A stretch of 63,165 nt of DNA, the filler included, from Saprolegnia diclina VS20 (Eukaryota): assembly GCF_000281045.1 (NCBI RefSeq). It is 5 parts of 2 records of this genome, joined end to end, with 100 filler letters (N's around TTAATTAATTAA, not from the genome) between each part and the next. Parts side by side here need not be neighbours in the genome. Positions count along the whole stretch, not along the records: positions 1 to 21,016 come from NW_008246078.1; 4 more parts are not named here. The stretch is one strand, 5' to 3'. How positions within the stretch are numbered: position 1 is the first letter of the stretch; each line of letters opens with the position of its first letter. The position numbers were made by a program, and so were the translations under genes. This document shows, one piece after another, positions 10,953 to 21,116 of this stretch. Below the pieces are notes generated by a model that saw only the letters and a list, made by a program, of their open reading frames with translations, had not been told where the DNA came from and did not search any database.

Positions 10953-13900
10953 CTACGCCGCCTTGGTAGGTGGCGCCGTCTCGGCCAAAAGCCCAACGGC
11001 AATGCTGTCAGGGACTGAGATCTCCTCGAACGTCGTGAGCAATTCGGCGCCCGTTGCCGCTTTGAGAAACTTGCCGCCTAGGTGCGTCGCGAGGTTCTTC
11101 AAATGCGCAAAACTACTGTCGCCAAAGCCGACGCACGAGCTCTGGAGATTGTAGATGCTGTACGTCTTGGCGATACTCTGCGCAAACTTGACACCTTTCC
11201 CACTGCAAGTCGGCTCACCGTCGGAGAGGAAGAGAATGACGGGCGCGTACGTCTTGTGCTTGTTGCGCGAAAGCACCGCGTTGGCGCAACGCAGGCCATC
11301 GTCGTAGTTGGTCAAGCCTCCAGAGAACGGCAGCGAAATGTTGGCCATCTTGAGCAGTGGCTGGGCTTCGTGCACGATGCAGCCAGAACTACCGAATGTG
11401 ACGACCGAGACAATGTCGTCGCAGTTTCGGCTCCGCGTCGACAGGATCTTCTCGATGTACGCATGGAAGGCCGCCGTGAGTGCATTCCACGGCTCTCCTT
11501 CCATGGACCAGGACGTGTCCAGGACGAAGACGTGGTGCTGGAGACCCTTTGCGGCAATGTGTCGGCATGTGAAGGCATGGCCTTGCACGAGGAACTGACC
11601 TGACGACAAAGTCTTGGTGTCGACCACTGGCTCGTGCCACGCGCCGAGGACGCAGTGCGACTTGGTGCCGCCGTCTTCCTTGTGTTCGGGCGCCTCGCAC
11701 TCGAACGGGCACAGACCAAACGCCTCGTGTGCATCGCACTTCGCGACAGGGTCTTCCCATCCCAGTGTCTTCCAGTACGTGTCGTGGAGCACTTCGTCCA
11801 TGGGCTGCGTCGGGTTGGACGCAAGCTTCATCGTACTGTGTCGGCGGCCGTCCTTGGCAGCGTACGTGCAGGCGTCGGCCGACGAGTGGGTACATAGAAC
11901 GTAATGGACGTGGCCCCGACCGAGCTTGGTGCAGAAAAACGGACACATCTCGGCACTGCCGGCGTCGCCAGCCACATACTTGCAGTCACCATCGAGCTTT
12001 GCCTCCTGGTCGTCGTGCATGACAAAAGTCGTGTTGACCATGCCCCCGTGCGTCGCCGCATGCATACCCTTGTGTCCGTACACTTTGGTGCAGTAGTAGT
12101 TGCAGCACGGACAGCGCACGTCGCACGTGTGCACTTTGGCGTCGCAAAGATGGTCCTTGCCCTCGTGGTCAATGCAGCCCTCTCTGAACGGAACACTGCA
12201 CTTCTTTCGGAGCCCGTCCATCGCTTGGTGCACAAGTTCGGTCGAGAGCGTCTCTTGCTTGACCTTTTTCTCACAAATACCGCCAGCCGTGCACTTGGCT
12301 TGACACGTGTGGTCGCCGCCGCACGAGTGCAGTGCGTCGACGGCGTGAAAGTGGTCGTCCGAGGCGCATGTGCCAGTGCAGCCGTCGTAGCTGCAGCGCT
12401 GCTGGCACCGACGCGAACCACACGCGTGCGTATCGTGGGTGAGACCAAGGAGGTGGCTGCACTCGTTGCGGCAGCTCTCTGCCTCGCATGCCTTGGGGCA
12501 GAGGTGCTGCGCGACGCCGCAGACGTGCGGTCCCACGTGGTCGACGTCGAGGTGGCAGATGTCGTCGCAGTTGCGGGCGCCAGCGAGATGGCATGCTTGC
12601 GGGCACGTGTGGCTCTTCTGACGGCAGTTGCACGCACCAGCGTGGCCAGCCACATCGCCACATGGCTCGTCGTCGTCACAGTGAGCGCAGCGTCCTTCGC
12701 AGCGGTGGCTTCCGCCGCAGTCGTGGGGCACGACGCTGTTGTCATGCAAGAACGACTGAAAGCACCCAAGCTTGCACTTGCTGCACGTGTGCTCGCACCG
12801 GCGGAGAAGCTGCTTGGTGTCTTGCATACATTTGTTAAAGTCGTCTTGAAGCATTTGGTCGCGCGCACCCCCGAGCGACTCGAACCAAGCGCGGACGCGG
12901 TGCTCGCGGCGCCACAGAACGTACTTCCAGAGCACGTCAAAGCGCGTTTCGTGGTCGCCGCGGCGTGGCACCGTGACGAAACGTGGCGCATCAGCGTGAG
13001 CATCGTTGTGACTTGACGCAGCGGCGTGCTGCACGTACCGCCCCAAGTAGTGGAGAAGAGTCGCCTTGGCCACCGAGAGGTTTGTCTCCGTGTCTCTTGG
13101 GCCACCCAACTCGAGACCAAAGTCGATCTCGGCATCCCGGGGCACAACCATGTCGACCAGACCCATCGCTTGGCGCTGCGCCACCATCGCATCATCGTCG
13201 TCGGCCCAAATGTCGGTCGATGTCGCTGTACTGGCCGCGTCGAGCTCGCCGTTGCGCAGCGCGTAGCGAAGCTGCCCGCGCAGCCACGCCATCTTGCCCG
13301 CCTGGATGTTGTCGCCCATCGGCGTCCAATCGCGTCGAGCGATCTTGGCGAGCGCAAAGGCCAGGCACTCGTGAAAGTCGGCGCCGCTGGAGAACGTCTT
13401 TCGGTCCCGCGCCTCGGCCAAACACGTCAACGCTTGGGCTAGACCGTGGTAGTAGCCGACGTTGTTGAGCGGTGCGCAGGCCGTGACGAGCACGCGGCCG
13501 CTGTACATGACGGTGAGAAAGTTCTCTGCCGTGGCGTTTTTGAGAAGGCTCTTCAACTTGGATTTGAACTCGCCGACGAGCGTATCGGTGTCGTTGGGGT
13601 TGACGTCCTTGGCGTTCATGTAGAGCCGACCGCTAAAGAGTCGCTCGTCGCCCTTGAGCATCGTGACGCCTTGCTGAAACTTGGCAAACATCGCGTCAAT
13701 GTCCTTGTCGAAGCGCATCTCGATGCGGAAGATTGTGAGCTGCGAAATCGCCGCGTTGAGGACCGAGAGAAGCGTGTCTTCTTGCATGCTGCGCTCAAAC
13801 GACCCGAGGCCTTCAAAGTCGAGGACGACCACCAGCGTATCACCGTACGGGCGCAGCGTGAGCCAGACGCCGTCCGTGCAGCGGGCACCCGAGATCGCAA

Positions 13901-16900
13901 ACGAGCTGCCGGTGAGGTGGTTGAGAAAGTACGACTTGCCCGTGGACTGCTTCCCCATGGACGTGATGGCGACAATCGGGCCGCGCCACGCCTTGAGAAT
14001 GTAGCTTGTGGGCCCGAAGACGATTTTCGGAACCATTTGATGGACCTCGGTGCACTGACTCAGCGTGACCGCGTTGCCGTTGCGCAGGAGCTCGAGCTCG
14101 TTGTCGCGGGCGCGGCAGATGGGCACGGGCACAAACCCAATCAACTCGAGGACCCAACGCCCAAGCGCCATCGTGGGCCACTCCAAGTCTCCGTTGACGA
14201 CCGCGTCATTGGCCAGCGAGAGCGACGCGAGGCGCTTGTTGAGCTTTTTGAGCTTCTTCATGATCGCCTTGAGGACACTGGCGGCAGCTTTGCGTCGCTT
14301 GGGCGTCGACGCTTGTACATGCAGCTGCAGTGCCATTGGCAAGAGGTCAGCGTTCATGCCCGGCTTCTTCTTTGCGGCGTCATCGTCATCGTCGTCATCG
14401 TCGTCATCGTTGTCATCGTCGTCATCGTCGTCATTGCTGCGCGTCATGAACGCCCGGACGGGAAACTTCTCAAAGACGTGGAAGAGCGGTGCAAGCACGT
14501 GGCTTTCGCTGGCTGTCACAGGCGCCGCAGTGTGTGCGCAGCTCACGTCGATCCCGACCTTGCCGGTCACAATCGTCATCGCGAGAATGACCATATCGCC
14601 CGAGCTCTGGTCGAGAAGCACGATGGCGTCGTCGTACGCGTGGGCTTGAACGGCCGGCCAATTGAGCGCCTTAGATAACGTGACCTCTGCGACCAAGGGC
14701 AGCATCTCATGGCTCTGAATCTCGAGCGCGTGGAGGCAAAGGCGACGCGGGTGCTCGCCATCGTTTTCGTTGTCCAGCGGCTCAATGCGGACCATGAAGG
14801 CGCCGTTCTGGAGCTTGACGACCTTTGTCCCAGGCGTCGCAAAGGCAGGTATAAGCTGGGATTGCCGTTGCGTGCGCAAGTAGTACGAGTGGGCGCTGCC
14901 GTCACTGCCGACGACGAAGAGGCCGTGGTTGTCGCCGCCAAACAAGTGAAAGGCAGAGTACGGTGCAGCGGGGCCCAAGAGTAGCAAGTTGAACTGATGC
15001 GCCCGGTCAAGGACCTTGAACGACTCGCTGAACGTAAAGATGTCGACCTTGGTGTCCGAGTGCTGGAGCGCCAAGAGGCGATGCGACGCGTCAAAGTCGC
15101 AGCGCTCGACGAGCGTCGGAAAGGCCTTGGCCATGAGGCGCATCATGGGCCGCGCCCCGTTGGCCTGGAACGACTGCACGTGGGTCTTGTCGTCACAGAT
15201 AAAGACGACGATGACAACGGTGCGGGGGTCGGTCACATACGAGACGTCGACCACGACTGCATCCCGCGGCAGTTTGATGCGACCAAGTGGCGCGTCGTTG
15301 ACCGGCGTCAGCGTCAGCAGCGTCGCGCCGCCCGCAAGGTACTCATTTCGAAAGTGAACGTGGTTGTGCTTGACGTCATCGAGATACATGCAGAGCGCGG
15401 TTGATGATGAGTGTCTTGCGTTTGCAGTCGCCATCGCAGCGACAAACGCTTCGTGAATGATTTCTTCCTTCTCACGGCTCAACTTGCTCTTCAAATTTGT
15501 CTTGGCGGCCAGCGCGTTAAAGCACTGGTTTGTCGTAATGTCGACGACCAGCTCGCTCTGGAGGAACGCGACCACTTCTTGACACCACGCGTCGTAGCGG
15601 TCGCGGAGGATATCTTGGATGCGCGGCAAGATCAACTCCATCTCGGGCTTGTGCTTCTTGAGAAGCGGACACTTGAGATTGGCGGATGGGCCCGAGCGCC
15701 ACCAGCGGGGCACCAACGATGGCAAATCCTCTGCTGCTGCAAGAAAGCCCGGATCTTGGACGAGAAGGCGCGCGTACTCGGCGTTGACAATGGCGGCAAC
15801 GTCTGGATCAAACGTGGGGAGGAGCTTGATCACGGGCGAGAGCGCGGTCTGCAGCACCTCTTTCTGCTTCTGCAGGGCCTTGTGCGCGTCCGTCTCGTCC
15901 GCGGCCGCCATGCCATCTGTCAAGAAGAAGCGTTTGGCCCCCGCTCCGATGACGTTCATCTCGATCGCTGCAAGCTGCGCGGCTGCATCTGCCTTGGCTT
16001 GGACGCGCAGATCGGCCTCGAGGCTCTCCTTCGTGCTCGAGAGTTTTGCCGTCGGCAGCAAGTTCATCGCATCGAGCACCGCGCGCTTGCACTTGTGCGG
16101 GAGCAGCACTTGTATCTGGAGATAGTGCGTCTTCGCGGCCTCCAATAGCCACGTTGCAAAGGCGGCGGGTGACGCGATCGAGATCGACTCGGACGTTAGA
16201 AGAACGTCGTCGATTTGCGAGACGCGCATCGTGACTCCCGCGACACCCGTCGCCGCCACGAGCATTGCACCTGGCGTCGCCTTGGTTGGCGTCGATGCGA
16301 CCTCGCACGTGACACTTTCGTCTTGGACCTTGGCCTCCGTGATGCACAACTCGATGGCAGTCTTCTTCTGGGCCGACTGGGCGCGCGTTTCGGCTGCTGC
16401 GAGCTCCAGTGCGTTCCAGTCGTCGTTTCCAAGGCAGACGCGGACGGTCGGCGTGAGCGTCGTAAGGAACCGCAGCGCGTAAGTTGCGCGCTCGCGCAGG
16501 TACTTTGGCGAAAACGAAGCGTCGAGAAGCCACGTAAAGAGCACGAGCTTGGGCCGGTCGCTCGTTTCGGGGAGCAGAATCGCATACACCCCTTCGTGGC
16601 TTGCGTCCAAGTACGTCTTGAGGTGCGTCGGCCACCAGCCTTGCGCGCGCAGGTCCACTTCGACCGCCGCCTGCTTGCCGTAGCACGCAACCACGTCAAT
16701 GCCGCGGTTGAACTCGGCATCGTTGGAGCTGGGGTCAGCGTCAACGTTCGGGTCCTTCTTCAGTTCCGCCACGGTGGTGAGGCCCGCGTCGGCGTCCGAA
16801 ACGACGTCGCTGCTCGCCGGCTTGACCTTGCCGGTGTTGCGGCCCGCATCGACGGCGTCGGCGCCACGCGTCCGCTTGTCGTCGACACCGTTGAGACACG

Positions 16901-17102
16901 CGTTGATGAAGTGACCGAGCTGGCCGTCGGGCGACGCGGCGTTGGCGTCGACGACGCCGAGTGCGCGGAGGAGGCGGAAGAGCTCGGTTTCCTGGAGCGT
17001 GGGCTGGAAGACCTCGGAGCCGTCGTCGCGGCGAGGCACGGTCTGGAGCAGGTGGTAGCAGTTGAGCGCTTCGTAGCTCATCGCCACGCTGCTTTCGGTC
17101 AT
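10953..17102 (-). CDS. Giant multidomain protein: N-terminal domain, helical region, beta-rich region, VLIG/GBP/RHD3-clan GTPase, Cys/His zinc-finger repeat array, C-terminal vWA domain
   Basis: Uninterrupted ORF. G1 GKQSTGKS (13932-13955), G2 region AISGARCTDGVW, G3 DFEG (13809-13820), possible G4 NAKD. Dense CxxC/HxC array at about 11560-12800. vWA FVLDTSWSM...GGLTNY...FLSDGE at about 11025-11538. Start MTESS (17102) or MSYEAL (17081) lies just downstream of an INR-like motif. Confidence 0.9.
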   Translation of the reverse strand: MTESSVAMSYEALNCYHLLQTVPRRDDGSEVFQPTLQETELFRLLRALGVVDANAASPDGQLGHFINACLNGVDDKRTRGADAVDAGRNTGKVKPASSDVVSDADAGLTTVAELKKDPNVDADPSSNDAEFNRGIDVVACYGKQAAVEVDLRAQGWWPTHLKTYLDASHEGVYAILLPETSDRPKLVLFTWLLDASFSPKYLRERATYALRFLTTLTPTVRVCLGNDDWNALELAAAETRAQSAQKKTAIELCITEAKVQDESVTCEVASTPTKATPGAMLVAATGVAGVTMRVSQIDDVLLTSESISIASPAAFATWLLEAAKTHYLQIQVLLPHKCKRAVLDAMNLLPTAKLSSTKESLEADLRVQAKADAAAQLAAIEMNVIGAGAKRFFLTDGMAAADETDAHKALQKQKEVLQTALSPVIKLLPTFDPDVAAIVNAEYARLLVQDPGFLAAAEDLPSLVPRWWRSGPSANLKCPLLKKHKPEMELILPRIQDILRDRYDAWCQEVVAFLQSELVVDITTNQCFNALAAKTNLKSKLSREKEEIIHEAFVAAMATANARHSSSTALCMYLDDVKHNHVHFRNEYLAGGATLLTLTPVNDAPLGRIKLPRDAVVVDVSYVTDPRTVVIVVFICDDKTHVQSFQANGARPMMRLMAKAFPTLVERCDFDASHRLLALQHSDTKVDIFTFSESFKVLDRAHQFNLLLLGPAAPYSAFHLFGGDNHGLFVVGSDGSAHSYYLRTQRQSQLIPAFATPGTKVVKLQNGAFMVRIEPLDNENDGEHPRRLCLHALEIQSHEMLPLVAEVTLSKALNWPAVQAHAYDDAIVLLDQSSGDMVILAMTIVTGKVGIDVSCAHTAAPVTASESHVLAPLFHVFEKFPVRAFMTRSNDDDDDDDNDDDDDDDDDDAAKKKPGMNADLLPMALQLHVQASTPKRRKAAASVLKAIMKKLKKLNKRLASLSLANDAVVNGDLEWPTMALGRWVLELIGFVPVPICRARDNELELLRNGNAVTLSQCTEVHQMVPKIVFGPTSYILKAWRGPIVAITSMGKQSTGKSYFLNHLTGSSFAISGARCTDGVWLTLRPYGDTLVVVLDFEGLGSFERSMQEDTLLSVLNAAISQLTIFRIEMRFDKDIDAMFAKFQQGVTMLKGDERLFSGRLYMNAKDVNPNDTDTLVGEFKSKLKSLLKNATAENFLTVMYSGRVLVTACAPLNNVGYYHGLAQALTCLAEARDRKTFSSGADFHECLAFALAKIARRDWTPMGDNIQAGKMAWLRGQLRYALRNGELDAASTATSTDIWADDDDAMVAQRQAMGLVDMVVPRDAEIDFGLELGGPRDTETNLSVAKATLLHYLGRYVQHAAASSHNDAHADAPRFVTVPRRGDHETRFDVLWKYVLWRREHRVRAWFESLGGARDQMLQDDFNKCMQDTKQLLRRCEHTCSKCKLGCFQSFLHDNSVVPHDCGGSHRCEGRCAHCDDDEPCGDVAGHAGACNCRQKSHTCPQACHLAGARNCDDICHLDVDHVGPHVCGVAQHLCPKACEAESCRNECSHLLGLTHDTHACGSRRCQQRCSYDGCTGTCASDDHFHAVDALHSCGGDHTCQAKCTAGGICEKKVKQETLSTELVHQAMDGLRKKCSVPFREGCIDHEGKDHLCDAKVHTCDVRCPCCNYYCTKVYGHKGMHAATHGGMVNTTFVMHDDQEAKLDGDCKYVAGDAGSAEMCPFFCTKLGRGHVHYVLCTHSSADACTYAAKDGRRHSTMKLASNPTQPMDEVLHDTYWKTLGWEDPVAKCDAHEAFGLCPFECEAPEHKEDGGTKSHCVLGAWHEPVVDTKTLSSGQFLVQGHAFTCRHIAAKGLQHHVFVLDTSWSMEGEPWNALTAAFHAYIEKILSTRSRNCDDIVSVVTFGSSGCIVHEAQPLLKMANISLPFSGGLTNYDDGLRCANAVLSRNKHKTYAPVILFLSDGEPTCSGKGVKFAQSIAKTYSIYNLQSSCVGFGDSSFAHLKNLATHLGGKFLKAATGAELLTTFEEISVPDSIAVGLLAETAPPTKAA
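14379..14435 (-). repeat. GAC/GAT trinucleotide tract encoding poly-Asp linker
   Basis: Encodes NDDDDDDDNDDDDDDDDDD upstream of the GTPase domain. Confidence 0.9.
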
Positions 17103-17118
17103 GCTGGTGGCTTGAAAG

Positions 17119-17135
17119 GCAATTGCAAAATGAGT
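17119..17135 (-). promoter_or_regulatory. Oomycete INR(+FPR-like) core promoter of the giant GTPase gene
   Basis: Minus strand ACTCATTTTGCAATTGC resembles the oomycete YCATTYY..CAWTT initiator, 17 nt upstream of the ATG at 17102. Confidence 0.6.
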
Positions 17136-18503
17136 TGGAAGCGATGCACCGATCGTTTCGATGCACTTGATCATTTTCTTGCACTGTGTTGACGACCATG
17201 CGACTGTCGCTCGTTCGCAAGGATGCACGAGATTGTAAATTTTGAATCCCACCACAATCAATGCAGCTGGGGCCGACACCAAGCAAACCCATCTCGTCCG
17301 ATTTCCAGGACAGCACCAGTAGCCGCGCCGTGGATCGTGCTCGATTGAGTCTTCGCCAGTCCAGACGAAGTTCGTCAACCAGTCTGCGCAACGAATAGAG
17401 GCCAACTTCATTATCCCGTGCAGCAGAGGTGCGACTCCCTGTCAAATCGATGCCATTGGCCTAGAATAGACCGGCATTTCTAGTTGCTTGGGCGTGGTTG
17501 TAGCTCATGTGGGTACTTGATGATTTTATCATTTGACAGGGTACTTGTGTCGTACCGAGGTGGACAAGCGCAGAAAACACAAAGACACGGGAGTGGTCGT
17601 CGGCAAATTGATGATATTGATTTACTTTCCTACACGAGTCTTGGTGTCCCTGCTATCTACGATGCACTGGTTGAACCAGCTACGAAGCACGGTGTCGGCC
17701 TTTGTGACTCATTGCTTGGGCCGTCACTGGAGATCGGGGCAACGTTAGAGTCAATCTGGTCCGCGCGACTATAGACCGGCCAGGGACAGCCCGGAACCTC
17801 GGCCGACCAGCTGGTGGTCTGGGCATCACGCACGCGGATCATCGCCTCACGGGGAAGAGTTATCACGCGCGAGGCGGAGATGGGCACCACACTTGCAGTG
17901 CCACGGTACGTGCGAGCGCAGTTCGCAGCCTCGATTCATCGTACACATAGTTGCGCGTCGAGACCAAATGGTTGGCTATCGTGCCAAGAGAAAGTAGCCA
18001 AAGCACATCACAAGGGCAAATCGATGAGCACTGTCGTATACAAACACCTAGGTATCTTTCGACACACTGTACTTTCACAACGGCAAGCTTGCCGTGCGCA
18101 GAGCAAAGGGGTCGTCACCGCCAGGACCTTGGTGAACTGGTATGGTCGGGCACCAAAGTGGGTTAGAAGGTGTGCCGATCAATAATGTCCAGCATCGTCC
18201 GATGGATCTCTGCAGGTTTGATTCATCGTCAGGTCGGAGCGAGCGCTCATGATTAGCTCAGAGGTTGTGGTGAGATGACTTGCAGAGGGCACGATGGGTA
18301 TTGCATATTCTGTTGCGTCTCGTTGCTTTCGGAGAGCGTTGCTTTGGCAGAACGAAGCTTCGACGTCGCTCGCTTCGGTGTAGGCTGGACCTGAGCCCGA
18401 ACTTTGAAGTTGTATTACAATTGAACCTGCTGGTCCATATCTTCGGTACTATAGGGTAAACAGAAACCCAATTCTTCATAACATTCTACATAGTACAAAT
18501 TGG

Positions 18504-21016
18504 CTAAAACATCGACGCATCAATTAACTCGACCTGCAACTGCGCCTGCGCGGCCAACTTTGCAAACGCACCATCCGGCGTTGCCAGCAATGCCGTCGGT
18601 GTGTCGTACTCGATGCCGCGGCCAGCGTCCAGCACCAGAATCCGATCGGCGTCGACGATCGTGTGGAGCCGATACGCAATGATGAGCATCGTCACGTCCA
18701 CAAAACACTCCTTGATCGTCGCTTGGATGCGCTTGTCGGACTCGAGGTCAATGTTCGCGGTGGCTTCGTCGAGGACGACGACCTTGCTCTGCCGGAGCAA
18801 AGCGCGGGCGATGCAGAGCAGCTGGCGCTGGCCAACAGAAAAGTTGCTGCCGCGCTCGGCGACCTCATCGTCCAGCGAGCCAATCGCGTCGGCCAAGTGG
18901 ACTTGCTTGAGCACGCGCCAGAGCTCGTCGTCGCTCAAAGCACGCGACGGATCCAAGTTGAAGCGGATGGAGCCCGAGAAGAGCACCGGGTCTTGCGGGA
19001 TGATCGTCAGCCGCGACCGGAGCGTCGTCACTGGCACAGTACCAAGATCGACGCCGTCAAGGACAACGGAGCCCGATGTTAGCGACACCATGCGGAAGAG
19101 CGACGCCACGAGCGAGCTCTTGCCACCGCCGGTGCGGCCGACGATACCCACCTTGGTGCCATCGGGTACCGTGAACGACACATCTTGGAGGACGAGGTCG
19201 AGGTGGTCGCGGTACCGCATCGAGACGTTTGCAAACGAAAGAATGCCCGTTTTGGGCCATGACGCGTCAACAGCACCGAGGAGCGTCACCGTGTTGTCGT
19301 CTTCGCTTGGGAGCGACTCGTAGTGACTGAGCCGCTCGACCGACGTCATGAGATTTTGCACGGTCGAATACATTTTCGAGAGCTTGGACAAGAAGCCCGA
19401 GAGCTGCGACGCGTACGTGAGCGTCAAGCCCGCGGCGGCGAGCCCGATCGACGCTTTGGTCGCAACGCAGATGAAGGCAACGCCTGCAAGGATACCAGCG
19501 CTGAGCCAATCGAGGCGCATGTGGAACCAGCGCGCCGAACAGTTGTAGAGAAACGAGAGACCCATGTAGTGGTCGATCGCGTCACGTTGCTTGGTGAGGA
19601 AGAGGTCGGTTTTGCCAAATGCTCGAATCGTCGAGGGACCGCTGAGCGCCTCTGCAACGAGTGTGACGACCGGCGACCGACTGATGCTCTCGAGCCGCTT
19701 GAGCTCGCTTGACGACTTGTTGTAGTACTGCTGCAGCTTGAAGAAGAGCAAGAAGATCGGGACGTACGCAATGAGAATGTACGGCGTCGAGAGAGCGCAC
19801 ACGATGAGGATGACGAGGATCTGAAAGAGGAATTGGAGCACGAGAAGACCAAAGTACGGCAACTGCGAGTCGATTTGGTCCAAGTCGCTCGAGAATCGGT
19901 TGAGAATGCGACCAATGGGCGTGACGTCAAAAAAGGTGGTGACGGGCGCACGCAAGATCTTGCGGAGGAGCATCGCATGCAGCGACTGCGAGCACTGAAT
20001 CCCGACGAGCAAAACGTGTAGCGACCGGCCGTAGACCAAGAGCACCGAGAGGAGCGCGCACCCGAGGTACATGTACCCGGACGAGATGGAAGCTCTCATC
20101 TCCGTATGGTTGGCCCAGTAGCTCATGAACCAGTCGGTCATTGTCAGCGACGTCTGTGAGACCGTAAAGAACGTGGCAATCGACGCCGCCACGACAAGTC
20201 TAGCCAAGGCACTTAAGTGAGTTTGAGATCGCAGTAGAATAGATGGCAACGCCAGAATTCGACGAACCCGTTGTAGCCGCTGGCGCCAAAGTACGTCTTG
20301 TACGTTGCGGCCGAGACGGCACCTTTGGCGCGGTCTTCCTTCTCAACAAGGCCGCTTGGAGTCGCCTTCTTGGGAGGGCGTGAGCACCGACTTGATTCCT
20401 TGATCTACATCTAGCGGCGTATCGGTGTCATTCGACGCGGCAAAGGTCATCAAATGCGCGTGCGTCGACTTGAGCGACTCGTATGTGCCGTCACCGACGA
20501 TTGCGCCGTCGTCGAGGACCAAGATTCGGTCCGCGAGCGGAAGAAAGTGGTAGTGACTGTTGAGCACCAGCACGGTCGACTTGCTTCGAAGAAGGCCGCG
20601 AATGCAGTCGTGAAACACCGCCGTGGCCACATGCACATCGAGCGCGCTCAGCGGATCGTCGAGGAGGTAGATGTCGGCATCGCGATGGTACACGCCCCGC
20701 GCCAAGCTCACGCGCGCCTTTTGACCGCCGCTCAAGTTGATGCCGCGCTCGCCAATCTCGGTCGCGTCGCCGTTCGGCAGCATGGCGAGGTCGGGTCCGA
20801 GCTGGCACGCAGAGAGGACGGCGTCATAGTAGTCGGCGTCAAAGGCGTTGTGGAAGAGAATGTTGTTCTTGAGCGTCGAGTGTTGGATCCAAGCCTCCTG
20901 GTTGACGTACGAGAGGCGGCCACAGACAGAGCGCTGGCCACTCATTTGGTGGATCTCGCCAAGAATCGCGCTCATGAGGCTCGACTTGCCGCTGCCGACG
21001 GGACCAACGACGATCG
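18504..21016 (-). CDS. ABCC/MRP-family ABC transporter, 3' part (NBD1-TMD2-NBD2); 5' lost in gap; possibly pseudogenising
   Basis: NBD1: GPVGSGKSS, LSGGQKARV, YLLDDP. Linker LVEKEDRAKGAVS; intron 20200-20267. TMD2: FFDVTPIGRILNRFS. NBD2: GRTGGGKSS, FSVGQ, LDEATA. The frame breaks at about 20370-20408 and the H-loop reads IIAYRL. Confidence 0.9.
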
Positions 21017-21060
21017 NNNNNNNNNNNNNNNNNNNNNNNNNNNNNNNNNNNNNNNNNNNN

Positions 21061-21072
21061 TTAATTAATTAA
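21061..21072. other. Artificial TTAATTAATTAA contig-joining linker within N-run (also at 51031, 57220, 61392)
   Basis: Identical 12-mer flanked by about 44 Ns on each side at four places; gives stop codons in all six frames. Confidence 0.95.
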
Positions 21073-21116
21073 NNNNNNNNNNNNNNNNNNNNNNNNNNNN
21101 NNNNNNNNNNNNNNNN

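Noticed and set aside
11828..16686. Long overlapping and antisense ORFs (e.g. 11828-13357, 13446-14678)
   Set aside because: Shadow ORFs expected from high GC3 coding; low-complexity Arg/Ser/Ala translations with no motifs.
17103..17411. 103-aa N-terminal extension of the giant ORF given by the track
   Set aside because: Codon bias is non-coding-like, and an INR-like motif at 17119-17135 points to the downstream ATG.
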